From a virus (Duplodnaviria > Heunggongvirae > Uroviricota > Caudoviricetes), in IMG/VR virus record IMGVR_UViG_638341087_000024: 36,227 nt of DNA, one strand, 5' to 3'. Positions within the stretch are counted from its first letter, which is position 1. Every line of letters begins with the position of its first letter. Under the pieces are notes generated by a model. The model was not told where the DNA came from. It did no database searches and saw only the letters and a program-made list of their open reading frames with translations. Positions 23,299-33,163 of the stretch are shown here, piece after piece. A program made the translations under genes and the position numbers.

Positions 23299-23899
23299 TT
23301 CGTTGTTACCACCATCAGCCAGCAATTTCATGCGTTGTGCCGAAGCCGTCGGAACACGCATTACAGACATTCCGGTAGACCTCAACACGCTGTGGTCGCC
23401 GGACACCTGCCCGGTGCATCTGCTGCCTTATCTCGCCTGGGCGTTTTCCGTTGACCGCTGGGATCGCAACTGGCCGGAAGAGACAAAGCGACAGGTGATT
23501 CGTGATGCATGGCTGATACACCGACACAAAGGGACCATCAGCGCACTGCGAAGAGCCGTGGAGCCTCTCGGCTACCTGATTGAAGTAAAGGAGTGGTGGC
23601 AACTCAACGAGGAGCCGGGAACATTTCGCATTGTTGTCGGAGTACTTGATCAGGGCATCACCGATGAAATGTATCAGGAACTTGAGCGCCTTATTGCGGA
23701 TGCAAAACCAGTAAGTCGCCATCTGACGGGGCTGGCGATCAGCCTGAGTGTGAACGGAAAGATTTTCGTTGGTACGGGATGCTATCACGGCGATGCCCTG
23801 ACGGTTTATCCCTACACCCCGGAGTCCATTATTGTCGAAGGGGATTATTTCCCTGCCCCAGCCATTCATTTAATTGATAATCTGAGAGTAAACGCATGA
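23291..23899 (+). CDS. I: Baseplate protein (P2 gpI)
   Basis: ATG 23291 overlapping J stop (ATGAGTAA); synteny before tail fibre H. Confidence 0.8.
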   Translation: MSNSLLPPSASNFMRCAEAVGTRITDIPVDLNTLWSPDTCPVHLLPYLAWAFSVDRWDRNWPEETKRQVIRDAWLIHRHKGTISALRRAVEPLGYLIEVKEWWQLNEEPGTFRIVVGVLDQGITDEMYQELERLIADAKPVSRHLTGLAISLSVNGKIFVGTGCYHGDALTVYPYTPESIIVEGDYFPAPAIHLIDNLRVNA

Positions 23900-25536
23900 C
23901 AGTGAAATACTACGCCATTCTGACTAATCAGGGCGCGGCACGACTGGCTAACGCGACGATGCTCGGCAGTAAGCTGAATCTGACGCAAATGGCCGTTGGT
24001 GATGCAAATGGTGTGTTACCAACACCAGACCCTGCACAAACAAAACTGATTAACCAGAAACGCATTGCACCGCTGAATCTTCTGAGTGTTGACCCTAACA
24101 ATCAGAGCCAGATTATTGCGGAGCAAATCATCCCTGAAAACGAGGGAGGATTCTGGATCCGTGAGATTGGTCTTTATGATGATGAAGGTGTACTCATTGC
24201 GGTGGCAAACTGCCCGGAAACGTACAAACCGCAGTTGCAGGAAGGCAGTGGACGCACCCAAACTATCCGCATGATTCTGGTTGTCACGAACACCGAAGCC
24301 ATCACGCTGAAAATTGACCCGTCTGTGGTTCTGGCAACCCGCAAATATGTGGATGATAAAATATCAGAGCACGAACAGTCACGACGTCACCCGGACGCCT
24401 CGCTGACCGTAAAAGGTTTTACTCAGTTAAGCAGTGCAATTAACAGTGAATCAGAAACACTGGCCGCAACACCGAAAGCGGTTAAGGCTGCATATGACCT
24501 GGCTAACGAGAAATATACCGCCCAGAACGCCACCACTACACAAAAAGGGATTGTTCAGCTCAGTAGCGCCACGAACAGCACGTCTGAAACACTGGCAGCG
24601 ACACCAAAAGCTGTTAAGGCGGTAATGGATGAAACGAACAAGAAAGCACCATTAAACAGCCCGGCACTGACCGGAACGCCAACAACACCAACAGCGCCAC
24701 AGGGGACTAATAGTACCCAGATCGCAAGCACGGCTTTCGTTATGGCCGCGATTGCCGCACTTGTAGATTCGTCACCTGATGCACTGAACACGCTGAACGA
24801 ACTGGCTGCGGCGCTGGGCAATGACCCGAATTTTGCGACCACCATGACTAACGCGCTTGCGGGTAAGCAACCGAAGGATGCCACCCTGACGGCGCTGGCG
24901 GAGCTTGCTACATCAGCAGATAAACTCCCATATTTTACAGGGGCAGATCGTGCCGCGTTAACCGCGTTGACAAGTGTTGGACGTGCCATTCTTGGTAAAA
25001 CCAGCACTCAGGGAGTTCTTGATTACCTTGGTTTGGGAGAAGGCTCTGCATTACCGGTTGGGGTGCCTGTTCCGTGGCCTTCAGCCACTCCGCCAACAGG
25101 CTGGCTGAAATGCAATGGTGCGGCTTTTTCTGTTGAAGAATACCCGGAACTGGCAAAGGCTTACCCGACCAATAAATTGCCTGATTTACGCGGTGAATTT
25201 ATTCGTGGCTGGGATGACGGTCGCGGGATTGATACTGGTCGCGCTTTGCTTAATTGGCAGCCACACACAATTTTGGACCATGCACACTATATGGAATTAT
25301 GGACAGGGGACGGACTCGCCGCAGGAAGTGCACGGGAAGGAGTAAACCCAGGAATACTGGCTACATACGGTGACGGGGGAATAGTTAAAACGGACGAACC
25401 CGGTCTTAAGGTGCCTTCCTCACTACGAGCTATTAGCTCTCGTAGTGTTAAACGTTATGGTGAAATTAGTGAAAATGTAGGTACAGAAACTCGTCCTCGT
25501 AACATCGCTTTTAATTATATTGTAAGGGCCGCATGA
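23896..25536 (+). CDS. H: Tail fibre protein (P2 gpH-like) with invertible C-terminal domain
   Basis: Conserved N-terminus MTVKYYAILTNQGAARLANA...; internal repeats SETLAATPKAVKA (x2); the C-terminal part downstream of the crossover site at about 25028 is the currently expressed variable domain. Confidence 0.88.
   Translation: MTVKYYAILTNQGAARLANATMLGSKLNLTQMAVGDANGVLPTPDPAQTKLINQKRIAPLNLLSVDPNNQSQIIAEQIIPENEGGFWIREIGLYDDEGVLIAVANCPETYKPQLQEGSGRTQTIRMILVVTNTEAITLKIDPSVVLATRKYVDDKISEHEQSRRHPDASLTVKGFTQLSSAINSESETLAATPKAVKAAYDLANEKYTAQNATTTQKGIVQLSSATNSTSETLAATPKAVKAVMDETNKKAPLNSPALTGTPTTPTAPQGTNSTQIASTAFVMAAIAALVDSSPDALNTLNELAAALGNDPNFATTMTNALAGKQPKDATLTALAELATSADKLPYFTGADRAALTALTSVGRAILGKTSTQGVLDYLGLGEGSALPVGVPVPWPSATPPTGWLKCNGAAFSVEEYPELAKAYPTNKLPDLRGEFIRGWDDGRGIDTGRALLNWQPHTILDHAHYMELWTGDGLAAGSAREGVNPGILATYGDGGIVKTDEPGLKVPSSLRAISSRSVKRYGEISENVGTETRPRNIAFNYIVRAA
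25016..25041. promoter_or_regulatory. Invertase crossover site (hix/gix-like), left
   Basis: TTCTTGATTACC-TT-GGTTTGGGAGAA resembles hixL as recalled (TTCTTGAAAACCAAGGTTTTTGATAA) and is an inverted copy of the right site (15-bp identity TTGGTTTGGGAGAAG); falls on the shared GLGE codons of the two alternative fibre ends. Confidence 0.65.
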
Positions 25537-26138
25537 TGAATAAAGCTGTATTAAATAGCGAACTCATTGCCATAAAAGCGGGAGATATTACCGTTTATAA
25601 TTATGATGGTGAAACGCGGGAATATATTTCTACATCAACTGAATATCTCGCTGTCGGCGTCGGTATCCCGGCATGTTCTTGTTTAGATGCACCAGTTACA
25701 CATAAAGCTGGTTATGCAATCTGCCGTTCTGCAGATTTTAACTCATGGGAATATGTGCCAGACCATCGCGGTGAAATCATCTATAGCACCGAAACAGGAG
25801 AATCGAAAGAAATCACAGCTCCGGGTGATTATCCTGAAAATACAACCACTATCGCCCCGTTAACGCCATACGATGAATGGGATGGTGAGAAATGGGTGAC
25901 AGATACTGAGGCACAGCATAGCGCCGCAGTAGGCGCGGCAGAAGCACAGCGTCAGTCACTGATTGATACTGCAATGGCTTCCATTAGTCTGATTCAACTG
26001 AAATTGCAGGCCGGGCGGAAGCTGATGCAGACAGAAAACACCCGACTTAACGCTGTGCTGGATTACATTGACGCGGTGACGGCAACAGATACCAGCACCG
26101 CGCCGGACGTCATCTGGCCTGAACTGCCGGAGGCGTAG
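25533..26138 (+). CDS. G: Tail fibre assembly protein (P2 gpG / Tfa), expressed orientation
   Basis: 201 aa; follows H with overlapping stop/start; C-terminal motif APDVIWPELPEA typical of Tfa chaperones. Confidence 0.8.
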   Translation: MMNKAVLNSELIAIKAGDITVYNYDGETREYISTSTEYLAVGVGIPACSCLDAPVTHKAGYAICRSADFNSWEYVPDHRGEIIYSTETGESKEITAPGDYPENTTTIAPLTPYDEWDGEKWVTDTEAQHSAAVGAAEAQRQSLIDTAMASISLIQLKLQAGRKLMQTENTRLNAVLDYIDAVTATDTSTAPDVIWPELPEA

Positions 26139-26529
26139 GCCATTCAATATCTGGCGCACCGGAAGTATCGACCAGTTCCAGTGCGTCCAGATAATCCAGC
26201 CACAAATTATATTGCGCCAGTTCCTCACCTTTCAGGCGACCAATCGCCGCTTTACCTGGCCATTGTCTGCTGTTCATGTGCTCGTTGGCTTCATTAATAA
26301 GTTTTCTTTTTTTCAAATCCGCCAATGCAATAAGGTTTTCTTTTGATAAAGGTGGTTGCTCTGTCAAAACCGGATATCCCTCCTGATTGCTGACTATTTT
26401 CATGCCATTATCCTGACCATCCAGTAGTAACAGCCATTCATCCGTGGTTATCTCAACAGCATCTGAAGGTGCTTTATTTAAATCGGTAAAAAAACCATTT
26501 TCTTTTTGTGAATAGAAGTATCTATCCAT
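26110..26529 (-). CDS. Alternative tail fibre assembly protein (Tfa'), silent orientation
   Basis: 139 aa, convergent with G; C-terminal APDIEWPTPPA motif; inside the invertible segment. Confidence 0.75.
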   Translation of the reverse strand: MDRYFYSQKENGFFTDLNKAPSDAVEITTDEWLLLLDGQDNGMKIVSNQEGYPVLTEQPPLSKENLIALADLKKRKLINEANEHMNSRQWPGKAAIGRLKGEELAQYNLWLDYLDALELVDTSGAPDIEWPTPPAVQAR

Positions 26530-26532
26530 TTA

Positions 26533-26934
26533 TTAATCTCCAAAAGCAATCCAGTAAGCAAAAGGATTTATTCCTTGCTCAGTCACAGATGACATCAGGG
26601 AAAATTGCGATGGTGAAACAGGTAACGCTGCAAAACTAACCATTGTTGACACACCTGACCGTGCATTATCGTACGATGCAACAACACAATAATTGGTATT
26701 GCTGAAAGATATCGGCAGGGTGATATTTACAGGTGAGCCTAATGGCCCTGATGCTGATATTCCCATTTGAATGATGGTTCCATCAGGCAATTTTCTCCAG
26801 CGATTAGAACTCGGATTTCTTTTCCAGGCTGACATATCCGGTATCTGATTTTCTCCTGTGCCCACATCCCTTTTCGCCGCTTCTCCCAAACCAACGTTTA
26901 AGAAAATGCAGAGATTACGGCTAACTGGCATCAT
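26533..26934 (-). CDS. Alternative tail fibre C-terminal cassette (Sv'-like), promoterless in the current orientation
   Basis: Minus-strand ORF whose translation shares GLGE at the crossover site with H; inversion would fuse about 26533..26893 to the constant part of H. Confidence 0.7.
   Translation of the reverse strand: MMPVSRNLCIFLNVGLGEAAKRDVGTGENQIPDMSAWKRNPSSNRWRKLPDGTIIQMGISASGPLGSPVNITLPISFSNTNYCVVASYDNARSGVSTMVSFAALPVSPSQFSLMSSVTEQGINPFAYWIAFGD
26881..26906. promoter_or_regulatory. Invertase crossover site (hix/gix-like), right
   Basis: Reverse complement TTTTCTTAAACG-TT-GGTTTGGGAGAA matches the left site; lies about 55 bp upstream of the invertase gene. Confidence 0.65.
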
Positions 26935-26961
26935 CCCCGGTTTTTATTCAGGGGATCCATC

Positions 26962-27561
26962 ATGCTTATTGGCTATGTCCGCGTATCAACAAATGACCAG
27001 AATACAGAATTGCAGCGTAACGCGCTGGAGTGCGCAGGATGTGAACTAATTTTTGAAGATAAAATCAGCGGAACGAAATCAGCCAGACCGGGATTGAAAA
27101 AACTGATCAGAACGCTATCAGAAGGAGATACGCTGGTTGTCTGGAAGCTGGACAGACTGGGCAGAAGTATGAAACACCTGATCACGCTTATTGAGGAATT
27201 GCGGGAAAAAGGTGTTAATTTCCGTAGTCTGACGGACAGCATTGACACATCAACACCCATGGGGCGTTTCTTTTTTCACGTCATGGGGGCTTTAGCCGAA
27301 ATGGAACGTGAATTAATTGTAGAGCGTACCCTGGCCGGGCTGGCAGCAGCACGCGCACAAGGACGCATTGGCGGACGTCGCCCGAAGTTGACAAAAGAAC
27401 AACACGAGCAAATAGCGAGGCTGATTAAAAACGGTCATGACAGGAAACAACTGGCGATCATTTACGACATCGGCATATCGACGATTTATCGTTATCACCC
27501 TGTAGGCGATATACAGGCTGAAGAAACAACCAGGCAGACTCAGGAAAATGAAAACCGCTAA
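26962..27561 (+). CDS. Serine DNA invertase (Hin/Gin/Cin/Pin family)
   Basis: MLIGYVRVSTNDQNTELQ..., LVVWKLDRLGRS, and C-terminal HTH with GGRRPKLT are hallmark resolvase/invertase motifs. Confidence 0.95.
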   Translation: MLIGYVRVSTNDQNTELQRNALECAGCELIFEDKISGTKSARPGLKKLIRTLSEGDTLVVWKLDRLGRSMKHLITLIEELREKGVNFRSLTDSIDTSTPMGRFFFHVMGALAEMERELIVERTLAGLAAARAQGRIGGRRPKLTKEQHEQIARLIKNGHDRKQLAIIYDIGISTIYRYHPVGDIQAEETTRQTQENENR

Positions 27562-27587
27562 TCTGACCATTAGCGGTTTTGCGTTAA

Positions 27588-28082
27588 TCAAAACAGCCCT
27601 TTAACGGAGCTGGCCGCGCTGTTAAGGGATGATGTGACCTTATCTTTGAAGCCGGACAGCATATCACTGAACGATGAGGATTGCAGGCGCTCCCGCAAAT
27701 CCTCATCACAGCGTTCAAGGGTCAGTGAAAATTCTATCTTTTTCGCCTTACCGTAGCGATCAAACTCGGAACGGGTCGTATTCGTTCCAGTCAGGACATA
27801 CATGCCGTAAATCTGCCCGACGCCATCAATCAAAGGCCAGGGTCGTCCTGTATAAGCCTGCGTGGTCAGCAGCGACAGCGACACTTCGCCACCTGTAATT
27901 TCAGGATAAAGCACACCAGAAAGAACGATGCGATCATCACCTGCACCGATATACTGCCAGCTTGCTGAACGGTTAATGCGTTCATTTTTCACATGCCGCC
28001 AGCTTTTGTTTTGCTGTAACTGCTGATGCGGCAGCGTGCGCAGCTCAAAAACAAACATGCCGTAGATCATCATCATGGCCAT
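27588..28082 (-). CDS. U: Tail protein U (P2 gpU)
   Basis: 164 aa; MAMMMIYGMFVFELRTLPHQ... and WPLIDG..., GMYVL... parallel P2 U. Confidence 0.8.
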   Translation of the reverse strand: MAMMMIYGMFVFELRTLPHQQLQQNKSWRHVKNERINRSASWQYIGAGDDRIVLSGVLYPEITGGEVSLSLLTTQAYTGRPWPLIDGVGQIYGMYVLTGTNTTRSEFDRYGKAKKIEFSLTLERCDEDLRERLQSSSFSDMLSGFKDKVTSSLNSAASSVKGLF

Positions 28083-28088
28083 GACTCC

Positions 28089-30905
28089 TCAATCTTTATC
28101 GTAAAAACTGCCACGCCCGGCACGGGCGCGCCGTTCCATTTCTGCCCTGACCATTTCACCGACCAGTTTCGCCAGTTCGCGGGGATTCTGCGTAACAACG
28201 TTATGCAGATGAACATGAATTTCACCACCAAATTCGGAGGCAACAGGCTCCCGGTTACGGGAAGTTACAGGAACTGATGCCACTGGAGATCGTATAGCCT
28301 CCGCCACCGGGCGGGAGCTGGCCGCAACAACAGTGACCAGCGCCGGAGGCAGCGGAGCCGGGACCACGGGTGTGATATTAATTGCGGGGGCAGGCTTACT
28401 GACCTGCGCAATCTTCCGCTCCTGCCACTCCCCACGAACAGCAAGTGCCCGGGGCAGGTTTTTAAAGACAATATCGCCGGGGCCAATGCGTTTTTTCGTC
28501 TCCTCAACCAGCTTACCTGTGTTATCAGCAATTTTGCTGAGTCTGCGCAGCGTACCGGTATTGCTGTCTGTGAGCGGTTTATTGTCTTTGGGGTTATCAC
28601 CTCCGGTGCCATTGCCATTTTCCACAGGCTTCGGCGGATTGATTTTCGCCAGGTCCCCCTGAAGCAAGGCAACCTTGTCCTGAAGAATGGCCGCACGCTG
28701 TGCGTCTTCGATTTTCTTGCGCGCCCTTTCCGCTTCATCCGGAAGCACACCAAGCTTTTCAAGTATCCACGCCAGCGTATCCAGCAACATTTTTGCAGGT
28801 GTCAGAACAAGTTGTAACGCACCGCCAAGAACGTTACCGAATATCTCGCCAGCACTGGTACATTTATCCAGAGTTTCCTTGCTGGACTCCATCGGTGACA
28901 GCAGCGATTTAAACCAGTTAAACACCTGGCTGATCCCACTCCCGATTGCGTCAAAAACAGGACTAAACCGTTCAAAGGTTTCGCGCAACGGGGTCAGCCT
29001 TTCCATAATCCCACTGAACACCCCGGCATAAAACGCCTTGATGGGTTCCCAGTATTTCCAGATGAGAACCGCCGCAGCGACAAACGCTGCAGCAATCAAC
29101 CCGACCGGACTGAACAGCGCCCCGACAGCGCCTCCCAGTAACGAGATGGAGCCTGTCACCATTCCCCATAATGCAGGCAGAACCCTGACAGCATTCATTG
29201 ATCCGGTCAGGAGAGAAAAACCAAGACGCAACGTGGCCAGCTTCCCGTGAAGCACTCCAATAACCAGCGACAACGAGCCAACCGTTGCAGTCATTGCCAG
29301 CAGCGCACCGCCTGCTATCAGTAACTGGCGCGTCAGTACCGGATGGGCCTGTGCCAGCGCCGTCACCTTTGAGACCACCCGCGTGAGCCACTGCGTGACA
29401 GAACGCAGCGGACCATCAATCAGATCTGCAATGCGGATACGCAGCCCTTCCCATGCACTGCCGAGTGATTTCAGGTCGCCATCAAGGTTATTGGCCATAA
29501 CCTTTGCCGTGCGTTCAGCCTCACCGCGCGCACCTTCAAGTTCTTTTCTCAGTTTGGGTAAGGAGCCGTCACCTGCCGCATCAACGAGGGCCATAAATGA
29601 TGTGAAAGCCTCTTCTCCGGCAATGTCCTTAAAGAACGATACCCGGTCAACTTCCCCGTATTTGCGGGTGGCTTTATAAAGGTCAGCCAGCACATCCTCC
29701 ATCGGGCGCATTTTGCCCCCGGCATCCGAGACAGACACGCCAAGCTCTTTCAGCGCCTCTGCTGCCGCCTTTGGCGGTGATGCCAGACGAGCCAGGCTGG
29801 CACGCATTGCCGTACCAGCATCACTACCCCTGATACCCATATTCGCCAGCACGCCCGCCATCGCTGCGGCCTGCTCCAGCGATATTCCCAGCTTACCCGC
29901 CACCGGACCTGCATATTTCATGGTTTCACCCAGTGCGCGAAGGTCAGTGTTGGTACGGGTAAACGCTGCGGTAAGTGTGTCACCGACCCGGTCCATCTGG
30001 TCAGCAGAAAGGCCGAACTGCGTCAGGATATTTGAGCCAATATCCGCCGTCTCGCCGAGATCCATACCGCCAGCCGTTGCCATGCTCAGCACGCCCGGAA
30101 GCGCAGCCTGAATGGCCTGCGGTGTGAAGCCAGCCATTGCAAGAAATGCCTGCCCACTGGCGGCATCGCCTGCGGTGAACTGCGTTTCAGAGCCAAGTTT
30201 TAACGCCTGCTCACGCAGCGCCTTAAACTGCGGGCTGTTTTTGTCGATTCGCGTCAGTGCCTGAACGCGGGACATCTCTTTCCCGAACCCGATCGCAGGC
30301 TGCAAAAAACGCCCGGCAGCATAGCTGCCAGCCGCTGCCGCACCAATTGCCAGCGCACCACCTGTTTTCAGTTTTCCCGCGGTTTCCTGCGCGCGCGAAT
30401 ACCGCTCACGCGCACGTGTTACACGCGCAAGCGCCTGCCGTTCGCGTTCAAGCTGGTTGTTGTACTGTTCGGTGCGTCTGATGGCCTGCTGGATGGTGTT
30501 ATCGCTGCCTGTCAGGGAAATGCCGTGGCGTTTCAGCTCTCCGCCAAGCTCCCGCATTTTCTGAATTTCCCGTGTACGCGATTCATTCAGGCGTTCAAGC
30601 CGGGTGCTTAACTGCTGCATCAGCTTTTGTTGTTTTTCGCTGAGCACTGTACCCGTGCGTTGTAACTGATTAAGGGCGTTAAGCTGGCGTCGTGCTTTCA
30701 CGATGCCCGCATCCGCTTTACTGACAGCGTCGCGGGCGCGCTCAAATGATCGCGCCTGACGCTCGAGATTTTTGATCGCCCCCTGCGTTCGCTGGATGGA
30801 GTCACCAAACTGCCCCATCAGGCGGCGGGCGTTTTCGGCAGGTCGGGTCAGCCTATCAACGGCGCTGAAAGCGACCCGGATATCAAGAGTCTTCATTGTC
30901 TGCAT
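28089..30905 (-). CDS. T: Tail tape measure protein (P2 gpT)
   Basis: About 938 aa, coiled-coil N-terminus and Gly/Ala-rich hydrophobic central region. Start uncertain (ATGs at 30932, 30905, 30896). Confidence 0.85.
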   Translation of the reverse strand: MQTMKTLDIRVAFSAVDRLTRPAENARRLMGQFGDSIQRTQGAIKNLERQARSFERARDAVSKADAGIVKARRQLNALNQLQRTGTVLSEKQQKLMQQLSTRLERLNESRTREIQKMRELGGELKRHGISLTGSDNTIQQAIRRTEQYNNQLERERQALARVTRARERYSRAQETAGKLKTGGALAIGAAAAGSYAAGRFLQPAIGFGKEMSRVQALTRIDKNSPQFKALREQALKLGSETQFTAGDAASGQAFLAMAGFTPQAIQAALPGVLSMATAGGMDLGETADIGSNILTQFGLSADQMDRVGDTLTAAFTRTNTDLRALGETMKYAGPVAGKLGISLEQAAAMAGVLANMGIRGSDAGTAMRASLARLASPPKAAAEALKELGVSVSDAGGKMRPMEDVLADLYKATRKYGEVDRVSFFKDIAGEEAFTSFMALVDAAGDGSLPKLRKELEGARGEAERTAKVMANNLDGDLKSLGSAWEGLRIRIADLIDGPLRSVTQWLTRVVSKVTALAQAHPVLTRQLLIAGGALLAMTATVGSLSLVIGVLHGKLATLRLGFSLLTGSMNAVRVLPALWGMVTGSISLLGGAVGALFSPVGLIAAAFVAAAVLIWKYWEPIKAFYAGVFSGIMERLTPLRETFERFSPVFDAIGSGISQVFNWFKSLLSPMESSKETLDKCTSAGEIFGNVLGGALQLVLTPAKMLLDTLAWILEKLGVLPDEAERARKKIEDAQRAAILQDKVALLQGDLAKINPPKPVENGNGTGGDNPKDNKPLTDSNTGTLRRLSKIADNTGKLVEETKKRIGPGDIVFKNLPRALAVRGEWQERKIAQVSKPAPAINITPVVPAPLPPALVTVVAASSRPVAEAIRSPVASVPVTSRNREPVASEFGGEIHVHLHNVVTQNPRELAKLVGEMVRAEMERRARAGRGSFYDKD

Positions 30906-31412
30906 TCCCGCTGCGAAGTGCCGCCCGCTCACGCCAGCTAACCACTTCGCCGGGCGTCATCATGAAGATTTCGGCGGGCGACCAGTTAAAAATGGCGGCA
31001 ATATCCGCCACAAAGTCTTCTATGTGCTCAAAGCACACAACCGTGATCAGGCTTCCGTCGCCTGTTCGTTCTTCCCGCCAGAGTCCGCACCGCTCAAAAA
31101 ATTTACGGCAACCACACATAACTGAATAAAGTCACGGGATGCCATTTTTTTGATCGTCACTTCATCCAGTCGCGGTGATGTCACGCGTGACAGCAGCGTA
31201 AACATGGATTCCGCTTTCAGATTCAGCACATCAGACAGCGACAAATCTCGCAGAGATCCAGCCTGCTCAATAGCCCCGGTGATCTCCACATACGTGATTT
31301 TTTCGCCGCCTCGCTCAATTGGTTGGGTAAGTTTTACGCCACGCTCACTGGTTTCTTTCACAGTGTCAGTAACTACCGTGTTTTCGGTATCGATGTTTTT
31401 CGTCTCTTTCAT
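30883..31412 (-). CDS. E: Tail assembly chaperones E and E+E' (-1 programmed frameshift product); E alone is 31047..31412
   Basis: E ORF (31047..31412) carries a T6G slippery heptamer on the minus strand; the -1 frame (30883..31119) continues to the start of T, as in P2 E/E'. Confidence 0.7.
31095..31101 (-). other. Slippery heptamer TTTTTTG for -1 programmed ribosomal frameshift (E to E')
   Basis: Minus-strand ...GTA AAT TTT TTG AGC... inside E; the overlapping ORF 30883..31119 is in the -1 frame. Confidence 0.65.
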
Positions 31413-31466
31413 CAGGAAACTCCTTTCAGTCAGAGGCGACGCACTGCGCCGCCTGCATATTACTTA

Positions 31467-31979
31467 TCAGCCAAGCCCAAGCGCGGAACGGATACGGTCA
31501 GGCACGATGTCCTTGCCGTCCTTCCGGTAAATGAAGTTCAGCAGGTCAATCTCCCACAACGGGCGATCGTTAACACTCAGCTTGTAGTAGGTGTTTTTAA
31601 TGGCGTAAGTGTGTGATGTGGCTTCGCCCTGTTTGGCTTCCCCCATATCAATTTCCGTCACACGTCCGCGCATTTCGACTTCATACAGGTCGCTTTCTGC
31701 ATCGGTGTAATATTCACCCGCAAAACGCAGCAGCGTGCCGTCAATCGTGCCACCATACTTAAGGAACAGCTCACGAACTGCGCCCCCCATGACAAAGCTC
31801 GCATCAAGCGCGGAGTCGTCCAGACCGAGATCAATACTTACCGCCCCCATCATGCCACCACCACGGTAGCTGTCGGTTTTGCGCGTCAGCTTAGGCAGAG
31901 TGACGGACGTCACCTTACCCACTTCGTTTTCACCATCCACAAACAGCGTAAAAAAGCGAAGATGTTTTGGCACAGCCAT
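31467..31979 (-). CDS. FII: Tail tube protein (P2 gpFII)
   Basis: 170 aa; size and synteny immediately after the sheath gene. Confidence 0.85.
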   Translation of the reverse strand: MAVPKHLRFFTLFVDGENEVGKVTSVTLPKLTRKTDSYRGGGMMGAVSIDLGLDDSALDASFVMGGAVRELFLKYGGTIDGTLLRFAGEYYTDAESDLYEVEMRGRVTEIDMGEAKQGEATSHTYAIKNTYYKLSVNDRPLWEIDLLNFIYRKDGKDIVPDRIRSALGLG

Positions 31980-33163
31980 CAGGCACCTCCCAGCACCGCA
32001 AATGCGGGTTCAAAGTATTCATCAGTAAACGTCTGGTAAAGCTCCATGTCTTCCAGTGGCGGAACGGGCGTATATTTGTAGCGAATACGCACACGCCCCT
32101 GACGTAAATCCGTGGTGCTGTTATCCACCACGTCATACCAGCACTCCGCGCCAATCAGTTTCCCGACAGTAACCAGTGAATCCAGTTTTGCCCTGATGGC
32201 ACTGATAACATCCTTCACGTTCGCAGGCGTCAGTGGACTGTCGATGGTTTCAAACTGCGCTTCCGCAATTGAATCAGCCAGCACCTGTGCGGTTCGGGTA
32301 TACACCTCAAAGATGTAGGCGTTCGTTTCCGGTGTGCGGTTGCCCCAGAAGCGGAACCCGTTGCGACGAATAATGGTCGTGATTTCTTTGTTGTTGAGGC
32401 TGTTGGCATCGCTGTCTTCGGCCTGCAACGACCAGAACACATGCCTCGACATCCCCAGCACATTTTTAACCGGAACGTTGGACAGTGATTTGTGCCATCC
32501 CTGCTCATGGTCAATGTACGCACGAAGGCCGCACGCATAGGCAGGCGCGGGGAACGTTTCGTTTTTGCCACTTTTCGGGTTGTAGGCGATGAAGTCCGGC
32601 CATAAGAGCATCACCTCACGTTCGTTGAATTTCTGGCGGTAGGTAATCGCCTCAGCCATCGTGTTACAGCCGTGACATGAGGCATACACAAACGCGCGCA
32701 GTTTACCCGCAATCACGCACAGGGATTTTGTCACCGCCTCCGTGTCCAGCTCCGGCGCGGCCAGAATACGCGGACGGTATCCGATGCTTTCATCCTGCTC
32801 TGCAACAAGCAGCGCATACATCCCCGTATAGCTGCCGTCATCCTCAGAACCACCGATAACCAGTTGATCCTGCGTCTTTCCGTCTTCTTCTTTGTGTTCA
32901 GCCACGCGAACGACGATCACCTTTGTGCTCACCTGGTCTGCGATGGCCTTAAGCGCACGATAAAGCGTCCCCGTTGTCCCGCATTTTCCCAGCACGTCAT
33001 TGACGCGGGTCAGCAGTGTTGGCTTGTTCAGCGGGAACAGCTTCGCGTCCGCATCATCCGCCGTTGCCACGATACCGATAACACTGGAATCAACATCGTT
33101 AATCGCTGTTACCAGGTCGGTATTTTCCGTAACACGGGCACCATGAAAACGAGTTTCACTCAT
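31979..33163 (-). CDS. FI: Tail sheath protein (P2 gpFI)
   Basis: 394 aa; colinear with P2 FI (FPLNKP, ADQ, KLRAF, WPDF, EQGWHK, RRNGFRFWGNRT, TPVPPLE). Confidence 0.92.
   Translation of the reverse strand: MSETRFHGARVTENTDLVTAINDVDSSVIGIVATADDADAKLFPLNKPTLLTRVNDVLGKCGTTGTLYRALKAIADQVSTKVIVVRVAEHKEEDGKTQDQLVIGGSEDDGSYTGMYALLVAEQDESIGYRPRILAAPELDTEAVTKSLCVIAGKLRAFVYASCHGCNTMAEAITYRQKFNEREVMLLWPDFIAYNPKSGKNETFPAPAYACGLRAYIDHEQGWHKSLSNVPVKNVLGMSRHVFWSLQAEDSDANSLNNKEITTIIRRNGFRFWGNRTPETNAYIFEVYTRTAQVLADSIAEAQFETIDSPLTPANVKDVISAIRAKLDSLVTVGKLIGAECWYDVVDNSTTDLRQGRVRIRYKYTPVPPLEDMELYQTFTDEYFEPAFAVLGGA

Noticed and set aside
24555-25007. 150-aa minus-strand ORF inside the tail fibre gene
   Set aside because: Ala/Ser-rich shadow frame antisense to H; H is supported by conserved N-terminus and repeats.
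28265-30111. Multiple plus-strand ORFs (60-165 aa) across the tape measure region
   Set aside because: All are antisense to the tape measure gene and have Ser/Pro/Arg-rich low-complexity translations characteristic of GC-rich shadow frames.
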